DNA from: Isurus oxyrinchus
Taxonomy: Eukaryota
Length of the DNA stretch: 64,000 bases
Assembly: GCA_026770705.1 (NCBI GenBank)
Contig: JANJGN010000002.1
Location: 22,754,001-22,818,000, forward strand
Direction of reading: 5' to 3'
Below, piece by piece: positions 1 to 11,789 of this stretch. Both the position numbers and the translations under genes were made by a program. Below the pieces are notes generated by a model. It had not been told where the DNA came from. It saw only the letters and a list, made by a program, of their open reading frames with translations, and searched no databases. Every line of letters starts with the position of its first letter. Positions within the stretch are counted from its first letter, which is position 1.

Positions 1-449
1 AATTAATGGACCAGCCCGTCCAACGTTAAGGGCAGGCTGGGAGCCCTGGCGGGCTTCAGAAAAAGCATGAAGCCTTATCCACGGGCGGGATGAGGTTTCA
101 TGTAGGTTTTTAAAAATTCAATTAAATCACATGAGGGGACAAGTCAGGAATTTTTTTTTCTATTTTTAATAATTTGTACAGTAGAGACAATCTCCCTGAG
201 GCCTCAGGGAGATGAGTATGCTCTTTCTTGTGCTTGCGTGAAAGACCACACTCTCGGGTTTAGGGATTCCCCTCCCCCACCACACAGAGAGCGCACAGTG
301 CTTCCGTGCGGACGTCATGATAGGCGGGCCTTAACTGGCCCGCCTACTTAAAATGGCGGCATGCCCCCAGTTGGGGGTGCCGATTGGAGGCGCGCCTCCA
401 TGTGCCTGCTCTTTAACTTCACCCCCCAATGGGGAGGAAAATCCTGCCC
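1..449. mobile_element. Harbinger-type MITE, truncated by window start (same family as 3809-4459 and 54747-55359)
   Basis: Shares internal sequence with 3960-4459; ends in TIR ggaaaatcctgccc. Confidence 0.7.
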
Positions 450-1184
450 ATGCAAATCTTTTCTTTGGCTAACTTAGTTACCTTTATTATAGATGTGTTA
501 AATGGGAAATGTTAAATGGCAGTAGCATTAAAATAATTTTTTTACATCCTTCCCAATTTTCTCTTCTGAAGGATGATAACTTACCCAAATGATGATTATT
601 GATGTGTGAGCCTCGATGGCTGGTATTAGAAGACTATTCAGTTAAAGGGACCATCAAAACTGGGTTTGAACTGCACCAGGCAACAACAAACACACTCGCA
701 GCAGTATGGTCTGCATGTCTCAACTACTCAAATGATTCACTGAGGAACTTGTAATAACCTAGGATAGCTCAAGAACAGGATTCTTACGCCCTATCACTAT
801 AGATTTTATTTTTTTTCTAAATGTTGATTTTCTATATTTTTTATTTTCCCTCCCCATTTGTATGTAGGTTTTACCCAATTCACTCACTTCTCCTTCCCTC
901 ATAGTGCACCAAGACCAAAATAATAACAAGCAGCATCCTTTCCTTTACTGCCTGCTCTTTGTTTATCTAGCTTAGTAAAAGTTCCTCAGACAGCTCATCA
1001 CTTAGTTCTTCCTCTACGGCACCTGTTCAGAGAATTTAGATCTGCTCAGTGCTGTCCCAGTCAGAATGCATTAGAAAATTCAACCCCAAAATCTACATTG
1101 ATGGATACCCTACTGTATTAAAGCACTGAAACCTTATTGCCCTTGTCAGAAATCACAAGTTTAAGCCTCCCTTTAACAGTTGAA

Positions 1185-1510
1185 CACCTCAGTTTGGCTG
1201 ACACTTCACTGCAGTGCTTAGAGAGAGTGCTTCATTGTTGGGACTGTTGTATTTTGAACACTGACATTAAACAAAGATCCCGCCTCCCAATTCAGATGAA
1301 TGCTGTAAGATCTCATGGTACTTCTCAAAAGAAGCACAGTGCCTTTGAGTGTCCTGAACAACATTCTTTCCTTCACCAACATCATTGAAACAGATTAACT
1401 AGCCATTCATTGCTGATTTGTTGTGAAATCCTTATATGATTAAATGTCTGCTCGACTTCCCTACATAATTTTAAACTAATTGAATACAAAGCGCCTTAGA
1501 ATGACCTCAG
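1185..1510 (+). mobile_element. Deu-domain SINE (AmnSINE1/SacSINE1-like), degenerate
   Basis: Resembles Deu core (gacattaaac...ttcagatg...agatctcatggtact) plus tail; boundaries approximate. Confidence 0.6.
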
Positions 1511-1515
1511 AGATG

Positions 1516-1550
1516 TATATATATATATACACATATATATATATATATAT
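1516..1550. repeat. (TA)n microsatellite
   Basis: Seen directly. Confidence 0.9.
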
Positions 1551-1614
1551 GCAAAGTGCTTCTTTCAAATTAATGTCCAATAACTTTGAAGAAAAGGAAG
1601 AAAAAGGCTGACAT

Positions 1615-1980
1615 TTACATAATGCCATTTGTGACCTCCATATCCTAAAGAACTTTACAGTCAATTATGTACTTTTGAAATGTAGTCACTGTTGTAATGT
1701 AGAGAAATGTGGCAGCTAATTTATGTATAGTAAGGATCCACAAACACCAATGGGATCACGGTCAGACAATTTGTTTTAATAATATTGGTTGAAGCACAAA
1801 TGTTGACCAGAACACTAGGTGAATCCCATACTCTTCAAAAGTGTATGGGGTATTTACGTCTGCCGTTAAGGTAACGGATGAGCTTCCGGTTTAACATCTC
1901 ATCTGAAAAACATCACTTGTGACAGTGAAGCACTCCCTCCGTGTTGCACTGATGTGTCAGTCTTGAACATGCTCAAGTAG
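1615..1980 (-). mobile_element. Deu-domain SINE (AmnSINE1/SacSINE1-like)
   Basis: cggtttaacatctcatctgaaa...gacagtgaagcactccctc is the reverse complement of the Deu core. Confidence 0.65.
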
Positions 1981-2195
1981 AAATGATTTAGGAGGAAGCC
2001 TTTACAAATGTTAGAGTGGAAGAGGTTCAGTTATATTTATATATAATTTATATATAACTTTGACAAATAGCCCCCAAAAATTGAAGGAGGTGTTCCAAGT
2101 TTGTGTGCTTTGCCCACCAATTTCCACAGATTAAGCGGATTTAGCCTATTAAATACATTTCCTGGAATCAAATGCTTCATAAGTTAACCACCAAC

Positions 2196-2308
2196 CTGTT
2201 CCTTAGTAATTTTACCAACAGCAAAATACATAGATTGTGGACTGGAGAAGTAAAGTCCGGAGACTGCAGCCGCTGGAGTCATCGCCAAGGATTCAGTCAA
2301 TGTAATTC
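2196..2308 (-). CDS. MTR: MTR exon 32 (113 nt; [37 protein letters not shown])
   Basis: cag/gttgg boundaries, homology. Confidence 0.96.
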
Positions 2309-2669
2309 CTGAGTAGAAAGTAAAGAGATACCTCTTCAGTCTGATGTCCATGAGGCGTGACAACTAAATATTAAATCGCCACCATTTATTGAATTTAGAG
2401 ATGAAAGTGCACAAATTCTCTCAAATAATTTAAGAACATGGCATAGTTCTATTTATCTGATCCAGTTAAGGATACTAAATTGGTTCAGATAAATATGCAT
2501 TGCTGCACCTTCAGCCAGAAGTTCAAACTGAGCAAGGAGGAATAAGCACAGTATTAACAATTGAAAAGTCAAAATTGTAACATAACTGTTGTTCTGTTCT
2601 AACAATTCGTAAACCCTCATTTCAATTCCTGCTGAACAACATACCAAATGAAGACTCTCTTTTTATTAC

Positions 2670-2862
2670 CTGTATCCTCTTCAATATTAGCCAGTTTCCA
2701 CATTGTTATTTTTTCAGTGTGATCAGGTTGGGTTGGGTAACCTGGAGCTGGACGAATTCCCACATATTTGATTCTATGAATGTCGGCAGCATCAAGGCTC
2801 TCATCAGGGGAGTAGCCCCAAAATTCCTTACGGACTCTTGCATGCATCTCTTCTGCAAAGGC
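2670..2862 (-). CDS. MTR: MTR exon 31 (193 nt; [17 protein letters not shown]...[17 protein letters not shown]...)
   Basis: aag acceptor, gtaa donor; RPAPGYP SAM-binding motif. Confidence 0.96.
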
Positions 2863-3124
2863 CTTCAAAGTATGAAAAGAAAATTAAAAATCTCTGCAAC
2901 ATATTTTACAGTGTCCAAGCAGCAAGTCAAACTGTTCATCAGGAATTGATTAAATTGAATGGTATTTTGTCTACACCTTTGTCACAGACAACACTGAGCA
3001 ACCTGACAATTCAGCAAAGCAACAAATTCTACTTCAATGTTTTGTCCCCCCATCTGAACATCGACCTGTCTGTAATATGCACTTAAAGCCACATCTCACT
3101 TATTGTTTACACATCATTTGTAAC

Positions 3125-3790
3125 CATAGTATTTATATGGCTGGTCCAGTAAGATTCTGGGCAATGATAACCTCCAGGACATTGATTGTGGGGTATTCAG
3201 TGATGGTAACGCCATTGAATGTCAAGGGGAGATGGTTAGATTCTCTCTTGTTAGAGACGGTCATTGCCTGACACTTGTGTGGTATGAATGTTACTTGTCA
3301 GCCCAAGCCTGGATATTGTCCAGGTCTTGCTGCATTTGGACACAGACTGCTTCAATATCTGAGGGGTCGCGAATGGTGCTGAACATTGTGCCATCATCAG
3401 TGAACGTTCCCAGTTCTGACCTTATGATGGAAGGAAGGTCATTGATGAAGCAGCTGAAGGTGGGTGGACCGAGGACACTACCCTGTGGAACTCCTGCAGT
3501 GACGTCGTGGAGCTGAGATGACTGACCGCCAACAACAAAACTATTTTCCTTTGTGCTCTGCATGACTCCAACCATTGGAGAGTTTTCCCCTTTGATTGCT
3601 ATTGACTCCAGTTTTGCTAGGGCTCCTTGATGCCACACTCGTTCAAATGCAGTCTTGATGTCAAGGGCAGTCACTCTCACATCAGCTTGGGAGTTCAGCT
3701 CTTTGTCCATGTGTGAACTAAGGCTGTAATGAGGTCAGGAGCTGAATTGCCCTGGCGGACCCCAAACTGGGTGTCAGTGAGCTGGTTATT
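3125..3790 (-). mobile_element. CR1-clade LINE reverse transcriptase fragment
   Basis: ORF 3291..3710: ALDIKTAFERVWH, GVPQGSVLGP, FTDD. Confidence 0.9.
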
Positions 3791-3808
3791 GAGGGCCAAA
3801 ATCACATT

Positions 3809-4459
3809 AGCCAGAATTTTCGGGTTGGTGAGTGGGGGCAGGGCCCGCTCGCCGACGCATGGTGACATTGGGCGTGAGTCCCGACATCACTGCGCATCAT
3901 TTTTAGTTTGGTGGGCGCGCACCCGAGTTGGCAGCGCACCCGCCGAACTGTCAAAGACCTATTAAGGCCATTTAAATATCAATTAAAACATTTAACGTAG
4001 CTGCCCGTCCAACCTTAAGTTGGGCGGGCAGGCGAAGAGTCCAGGCGGCCTTCGTATTTATCATGGAACCTCATCCATGGGTGGGATGAGGATTCATGAA
4101 GGTATTTAAAGTTATATGAAAATTTTTAATAACATTCATAGACATGTCACAGCTCATATGACACTTTCAGATGAGGGGACATGTCTTCATTTCTTTTCAT
4201 TATTAAAATTTTCAGAACTTCAACTAATCCCCCTGAGGCAGGGAGATTTCTGTGCTGATTTCTCCTGGACTCAGGCAGCCCACCCCCACCCGCACAGGGA
4301 GCACTCAGCGCTTCCAGGCATGGGTCATGCTGGGTGGGCCTTAATTGGCCTGCCCACGTAAAATGGCAGCACCCAGTCGATCGGGGGCGCTGACTGGCTG
4401 CGCGCCCTCCGGCGCACAACCCCTCCCCCCCCCCCCACAACGGGAAGAAAATTCTTCCC
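3809..4459. mobile_element. Harbinger-type MITE (~650 bp)
   Basis: Imperfect TIRs agccagaattttc / gaaaattcttccc; ATT on both flanks (3-bp TSD). Confidence 0.75.
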
Positions 4460-4796
4460 ATTAATTATTGATGGCTTATAGAATAGAGTAAGTTTGTAAA
4501 TCTTTCTCTGCATTCTGAAATTCTCTTCTTTGATAGCATAAATTCAGCTATTACCCATACTCATCTTTAACAGGATTTCTCTTACAGCCAGACAATGAGT
4601 TAGGATCAAACCTAAGATGAAAAACTTAAAAATGTACGCAACTTAACCTTTCAAGGATGGCCAACTCTTACTGTTGAAGTCACAACACAGCTTCTCAAAT
4701 ACAAATTATCCAATATGAAAGTGTTACTTTTCATTAAATGTGTAAATTGGACTGCAAACTCTGGTTAAATATTTGGTTAATGAATATCAGCCTTAC

Positions 4797-4997
4797 TTCA
4801 GCTAGTCTGTCTGCCAAGGCCTTAACCATTATGCTGCTGTAGTCATCACCCTCCTCCTCATACTGTTTGCTCAGCAACTCAGCACCAAAGCATGCCACTG
4901 CAAACACACCGATATAATCCAGCACGCCAGAGTCACTTGGTGCTATGAAATCGGAGATGCAGCAGTACTTTTCCGTACTAATGGAGTCCTTGTCCAC
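4797..4997 (-). CDS. MTR: MTR exon 30 (201 nt; VDKDS...SDFIAP...[12 protein letters not shown])
   Basis: cag/gtaag boundaries; inside ORF 4734..5051. Confidence 0.96.
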
Positions 4998-5295
4998 CTG
5001 GAAAACATGGAGGTTGAAACGATTGCATTTACTGGCAATCGACAAAATCATGCTGATGGCTCACAGGGATATTTCCCGACAAGGAAGAACACAATTATAT
5101 CTTCAACAATTGTGGCACTAGACAGAATAATCATTTACACACATACAGGATGCACTGAGAACTATGCATGTACCCACTACTGGAAGCAATGTGACGCTGG
5201 CAATGCAACGTTCATATAATTTACTCCCTGCTTAAGTAATGCAAAAAAAACCCAAAATCTACTTTTATGTTTATTGCTTTGTACTTGCATGTTTT

Positions 5296-5652
5296 CTTTT
5301 ATTCGTGGGACATGGGCATCACTGGCTAGGCCAGCATTTATTGCCCATCCCTAATTGCCCTTGTTTAGAGGGCATTTTTAAGAGTCAACTACATTATAGT
5401 TGTATGTAGGCCAGACCAGGTAAGGACAGCAGACTTCCTTCCCTAAAGGAAATTAGTGAACCAGATGGGTTTTTGTGACAATTGCCATGGTTTCATGAGA
5501 CTTATAATTCCATCAGACTTACAATTCCATGTTTTTATTGGATTTAAATTTCACCATCTTCCATGGTGGGATGTGAACCCAGGTCCCCAGAACATTACCG
5601 AGTCTCTGGAATACTAATCCAGTGATACTACCACTATGCCACCGCCTCCCCT
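5296..5652 (-). mobile_element. tRNA-derived SINE with CR1-derived 3' tail
   Basis: Pol III A/B-box-like head (ggtggcatagtggt...gggttcacatccc on minus); tail matches the CR1 3' ends at 38130 and 59255. Confidence 0.75.
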
Positions 5653-6673
5653 ATGTTTGTTAAATTGCAATCACTCTTTAAGTTTCTTTTTCTACTCTGA
5701 AATCAAAGAGATGGCAGTACATCAATGCTCTGTGTGAATTCACTCCCTCAGCTCTCCAGTTCATTCCAGAAGAGTCTCCAACAATAAGAATCTATCCTTA
5801 GTACAGGTGCCCCAACAGCATGCTATCATGCTAACTAATGATCAATAAAGAAATCCATCAAGATGTAACCAGAGCCCATTCTCACCCGCTCTCAGCAGCC
5901 AATGTTTCAGCTCCACTGCTCAGTGTGGGGAAGAATCTGCTGCATGCCCTTCCCCACCAAACACCACCTCCCCCAACAATACCCCAGGAAATGCAGCATG
6001 ATATGGGGAAACCCACAGAGAATTAAACTGGTCATGTAGAAGTCAACTGTTCTGGGGAGCAAAATAACAATATATACCGTTGCTCGGGTTTAAAAATCCA
6101 AATATGTTAGAACCTTGAATAGAACTTTTAGCCCAAAATTATATGGAATGAGTAATATACCAGCTAATCACTTTTTTGTTGCCAATTTTTTCACCTCTGA
6201 AAATTCTGTAATCTTGCTGGGATGTGGGTGTCGTGCAAGTACCATTCATCCAAATGCTGTTAATAGTAAGTCTAGACAGTGTGTGCTGACAGTCTATTCA
6301 ACTGCGGAGGGGAGCAGAACTGAGTTTAATCATGTCCTCACATATTTTGTTTGGACAGGAAAGTGGAGTTGAGGTAGAAGATCAGCCATGAATGTACTGA
6401 ATGGCAGAACAAGCTCAAGGAGCTAAATGATCTACTCTTGCTGCTATTTCTTATGTTCACGTGTTAACAACAGGTAGCACTGGACAATGATTAGGTGGGA
6501 GCCCATTTCTGATTTTTTCTTCTTTCCTAACCAATGACCCAGGTTAGCTAAAATAGGACAGGCAAGGGATCATATCCAAGATTTACCTGGTTAGCATGCA
6601 TCGGTACTACACTGGGCAGTGCATTTGCCAACTGAGAAACTGAATATTTTTAACTAACAAGAAAAAGTCGTAC

Positions 6674-6870
6674 CTGTTGCCGTAAACCATAAAACTTAGC
6701 CACTGGTTCACCAGTGTGAGGCAAAGCATCCTCTGCAAACAAGTGTATGTCATCCCCAACACTTTGAGCTGGCCAGAACCCTATGATTCCTCTGGCCGTT
6801 AATCTCTTCTCTTCAATCAGCGTGTACAGCATATTCTGTGCATCTTGAAAAACCTTCTTGGCTTCTTCAC
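6674..6870 (-). CDS. MTR: MTR exon 29 (197 nt; [14 protein letters not shown]...FYGLRQQ)
   Basis: cag/gtac boundaries; overlaps ORF 6650..6832. Confidence 0.96.
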
Positions 6871-7188
6871 CTGCAGGTTAATTAACAGGTTATGCCTAAT
6901 ATAAGATAATGCATAAATATTACCCTTTCTCTAGTCAATGCATGGCAACTTCTGGCCTATCCTTGAGACTGCTTGATGTGGCCAATGGATGCAACAAAAA
7001 AACAGATGAAAGCCACCTTTCATGAGAAGATTTGGGCAGCATTGTCTTCAAATTGCAAACTCTGTTGATGGCATCATAACATTACAATCATAAAAAAGTA
7101 ATGGCAGCTAAAGGTAAAGAAAATAATAGAAAGGAATTTTAACATGAAGTCTTAATTAATTTGGAAAGGTAGTTCTATTGGCACTAAC

Positions 7189-7344
7189 CTACTGTCTTGT
7201 CTTTAAAGATTCTGGGATATCCACGATTTGGGTATTTTCCCTTCAGCTGCCAAACATCAAAGAAAGGTTTCCAATCAATATAGCTTATCAGTCTCTGCAG
7301 GTCATAAGCTAGAAAGGATTGTGTCCCAATAAAAGTTGGCTTCA
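7189..7344 (-). CDS. MTR: MTR exon 28 (156 nt; [10 protein letters not shown]...[30 protein letters not shown])
   Basis: cag/gttag boundaries, IDWKPFF motif. Confidence 0.96.
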
Positions 7345-8492
7345 CTGTAAAAGAAGGAGATAGTTCTGATCACTTTAAAAGTGCATTGAACTTATGCTAA
7401 GATTTTTAAAAATTATTTTTTCCAATATACTAGTTGCCCTTCATGTCAGTACTGTCAAGATAATTTACATCATAGTAGCTGCTACAGTCAAACGCATTTA
7501 TCCAGTTTAATTATGTTAAGCCACCCTAAATCAGCTATGTCTATGTAACCGTATCAAAACTGCACAACAGCCTTGTTTTATACTCACAAGTGATTGGTCA
7601 GCAGGACAACAGAGAGAGAGAGAGAGGATGCCAGATCCTTTGTGAATGCCCAAACAGCTTCAAATCTTGGCTTTAGTCATGGGACCAGAGGGCAGAGGCA
7701 GAAAGAGGGAATGTCCAAGGAGAGGTTGGAGAAATGCAGCCTTTTACCATCAAGACGGCAGGAAAATCCAAAATCGGTGTCCTTTTAGGCCTCTTGATAG
7801 CCAATTAGAGGGGCACTGACAAAGGAATGCCATAACTCAAATTGGGTAATTGTGCGCAGGAATGGAAAAGAGGGACTGGATGACTGGATGTAACGCTCCT
7901 CCGCTGGCGGGTTTGAAGGTGAATTTCTTGTTAAATCCAGCGGGCGGTGTGCCTGCCACCTTCCCACTCACCCCTTCCCCCACAATTATACCAGTGGTGG
8001 TGGTGGTCAGGCAGTGTGCCCTTCAGTGGGTCAATTAATGTTCACTTAAGGGCCTTATACTGCCATTGCCAGAATTTAACCTGCGGAAAGTGAGAGGGCC
8101 ATGTCAAACGACCAAACTGGCAGGTTTCCTTGTGTGGGCTGTTGGCAGTTTGCTCTCCCACCATGGACTCTCAAACCCCAGCTCCCTCTCTGAGGCCAGG
8201 CAGTCTAGCACATGACAAAACCGCAAACTATATCCCTACTGATCTAGCATCACACGCCTTAAGCGCTGCTGGCCTCTGATTTGCTGGTAGCTCTTTGAGG
8301 TGGGACTTCCTGTCCCTAAGGTGCAAATATCCCACCTCCAGTCTACTAACAGCTGATTGGCTGTTAAATGACTAAGGAACAATCAATGTTCCTCTCGGAA
8401 AGCTCCCTCCTGACGTTTTTGCTGGAAGCTGGAGGCTGGGGGGTGTGGGGGATTCCAGTGTCTCATATAATTCAGTCCAAGGAGTCATTTTC

Positions 8493-9840
8493 AATAATTA
8501 AAATAAAAATGAGGGCAGTAAAAGTTCTTTTGCACAAAATGGAAAACAATATTTGAAGACAGCCAGGAAAGAGAGACAGAGCAAAATAACTTGCAACTTT
8601 ATTTGCATTGCTCACACAACACAAATTCCACAAAATTATTTTAGCAGTGTCTTTCAAAGCTCTTTCAAATTATAGACACTGATACACAAAATAGGGACAA
8701 TTTTAGTGTTACTTTCTTCGTTTTCCCAGTATTACTCCCAGCTGTGTGGACTGTATTGGTTACAACACATTGCCTGTGTCCCAGAACAACTCTTCCATTA
8801 ATTTCTCCTGCCTCTTGGTGAGGTATCTCTGGATTCCTGTGGTGCCTTTCACAGACTGAGCTGATGAGAATGCAGTTGCTGTATTAGAGAACCAAAATAC
8901 TGCACCACCAAAAATTCCAATGTTTATTCTAACTGACAAAATATTTCAGACATCTGGTACCAACAGCGCTGTCTGTTCATCTCCCACTAGCCCTAAATTA
9001 ACTGAGCCAGCTGAGAGAAGTCTTCCCTTTGAAACTTTAGATTCTCATTATTTTAACCGATATTTTAACTTCAGGAGCCTATACATTGGATCCTACTGTG
9101 GCTACCACCCTCTATTATAACATTAGCCCAGATCTTCTAATTTCTGGATAGTCAGAGACTGGATGTACGCTGGAAGATGCACTAAGCGACCCTCAGAGGT
9201 TCCAATGCACTGGCTCCGTGGGATTTGCCCAGGAACTTGCAATGGGCAGTTTCCCACACCCACACTCTCCAAAAAAAGGTCTCCAACTCTGAGTTAGAGT
9301 CGGAGACATTGGACGGTTCCAAATAGAGAATTTAGGGCTAGTGGGAAATGAACAGACAGCGCTGTTGGTACCAGATGTCTGAAATATTTTGTCAGTTAGA
9401 ATAAACATTGGAATTTTTGGTGGTGCAGTATTTTGGTTCTCTAATACAGCAATTGCATTCTCATCAGCTCAGTCTGTGAAAGGCACCACAGGAATCCAGA
9501 GATACCTCACCAAGAGGCAGGAAAAATTAATGGAAGAGTTGTTCTGGGACACAGGCAATGTGTTGTAACCAATACAGTCCACCACAGCTGGGAGTAATAC
9601 AGGGAAAACGAAGAAAGTAACACTAAAATTGCCCCTATTTTGTGTATCAGTGTCTATAATTTGAAAGAGCTTTGAAAGACACTGCTAAAATAATTTTGTG
9701 GAATTTGTGTTGTGTGAGCAATGCAAATAAAGTTGCAAGTTATTTTGCTCTGTCTCACTTTCTTTCCTGGCTGTCTTCAAATATTGTTTTCCATTTTGTG
9801 CAAAAGAACTTTTACTGCTCTCATTTTTATTTTAATTATT
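8493..9840. repeat. Long inverted repeat: arms 8493-8999 and 9329-9840, 329-bp spacer
   Basis: Arms are reverse complements differing by roughly 6-7 substitutions and a ~4-nt indel; the ORF track gives the same peptide on both strands (MFILTDKIFQTSGTNSAVCS). Confidence 0.95.
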
Positions 9841-10940
9841 AACCACTTGACTACCCTCTGACCCGAGGTAACCTCACCTGACTAGCATCCAACCTGACAC
9901 CTCCTCCTGAGCTGACCACCCCAACCCATCTACCCACTCATATACCCTGCCCACCTGCCAACCTACCCAGCTGCCACCCTATCAATCTGCTACCCTACCT
10001 CCTTACCTGCTCTCCATAGCTTTGCAAAAAAGTTTGGGGTATTTAAACTCTTTACTTACCAGAATATGGCAGCTAGTGTCATTAAACAGGGACATGGCTT
10101 GCCTTCCCTCCAGCACTACAAAGAGACAGTTCCATTTCAGGTAAGCTCCACATTTCTGGAGAAGCCAGAATCAGGAGTCTCGGCCAGAAATGTAGAGCTC
10201 TGGCATGGTGCAGAAAATTAGGAATGGAATGGCAATCTGATGGAGATTGCCATTACATACATTTTTGAAACATCCAGATTATTTTAGCAGAAGCAATAAC
10301 TTCACAAATATATAGTGCCAATTTGTAGCAATGAAACAGTAACCAGACTGTGAATCACTGTGCTGCAATTAACTATTCTCTTGCAACCTTAATGATGAAC
10401 TAATCATCAAGCTGCAGTGGACAGTGGTACACACTTGAACTTTCACCCATAATAACATAGCTCAGAATAAGAACAGGACATTTGGATTATCAGATCCATG
10501 CATTTCATGCAGAAGATCTCCATTACTGGCAACTCTCCATATTGTCTTCCAAACTCCTATGTGGATCAAACAGATCCATTACAATCTCAATATTCCTTAG
10601 CCCTCCTCTGTGATAGGCACTTTTATATTCTCAAGAAGATGTGCTGTTCACAGGTACTTCCTTTACTGAACCAAACTCTAACCAAACTATATTAGAAAAA
10701 TAGAAAACGAAAGGTTCAATTTAACCTGGAAGATATCTACATGGTTCCTAATGGTACAATTCTGGAAAAAAAAGGTCTTGTGTCTTTTCTTAAAGTTAGA
10801 AATGATGCAAAGAAACATAAACAAACATAAATTAAAATTCACATTAAAAATACCTTTGAAATTAATTTCTACAGTACTGACTCAAATCTATCAGTGACAA
10901 GAAGAATGTTATTAAATAGACAACTTTTGTTACTACTGAC

Positions 10941-11016
10941 CTGGCTTAGGATGGGAGAGCCAATCTATTTGAAATCCTCTAATCCTGGCTTGCTCTAACG
11001 TTAAATATTTTCTGTC
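10941..11016 (-). CDS. MTR: MTR exon 27 (76 nt; DRKYLTLEQARIRGFQIDWLSHPKP)
   Basis: cag/gtcag boundaries, homology. Confidence 0.94.
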
Positions 11017-11424
11017 CTGCAAACAGTAACATTTCTGATTAATGAACAATCATCTGTGACACTCATCAAACATATCTGATCGCCTCCTCAGCAATAATTG
11101 CACAGAAGTCAGGATTGTCCAAACCCTTGCAAATATAACATTGTGTGAATGGAGCGAGAATAGAATAATTGGTCCATTAGCTCACTCCTTCCTCAAACTA
11201 TGTGCAAATTGCTCTAACATGGCCATTTAAATCACCCGAGAGAAAGTTTCTCATAAATATTTATTTTTTTTCACTAGCCAAATTTCAAAGTATTTATCCA
11301 TCCTCATATCTGTACCATTCAATCCAGACCTATTCTCATTCACAGAAAACACTCCTTCCCCTCAAAAAAAAGAGAAACTATTCTGTCTCAAGTATTTGAT
11401 GTACAAATCACTTTCTAAACTGAC

Positions 11425-11523
11425 CATTAAAAAGTCATAATAATCCTGTCGAATCTCTTCATATTCTTCAGTTACTTCCTCAAAGTAGTCATCCTTCAAG
11501 TCATCATCTAAAAGTTGAGAGCA
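11425..11523 (-). CDS. MTR: MTR exon 26 (99 nt; [33 protein letters not shown])
   Basis: tag/gtcag boundaries, homology. Confidence 0.94.
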
Positions 11524-11660
11524 CTATATTGAAAAAACAAGAGAATAATGAGACATACTCCAAGTTACAAACTGTTGAAACATTAATGTTCAACGCAGCA
11601 TAAAAATGACTGCATGAGATACAAGTTCAGAAATAATGAAATTATATTTTACGTGTCAAT

Positions 11661-11789
11661 GGCCTGGATTTTCCGGCCCCATCTTGGCGGGACCCACTGC
11701 GGGAGTTTCAGTGACCCAACCAAAAGTCCATTGACTTTCAGCAGGACCGGACGATCCTGATGGTGGGCGGGGGCTGGAAAATTCCGCCC
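11661..11789. mobile_element. 129-bp Harbinger-type MITE
   Basis: TIRs ggcctggattttcc / ggaaaattccgccc; flanks aat / att. Confidence 0.65.

Noticed and set aside
1-2195. Search for the terminal MTR exon 33 (VEDYA.RK...WL.P.L)
   Set aside because: No matching sequence seen; it presumably lies beyond the window start
5570-5652. tRNA-like A/B boxes here and at 22575, 38248 and 60140
   Set aside because: SINE heads; no complete cloverleaf, so not tRNA genes
8920-9408. Twin ORFs MFILTDKIFQTSGTNSAVCS on opposite strands
   Set aside because: By-product of the inverted repeat; short, no recognisable homology
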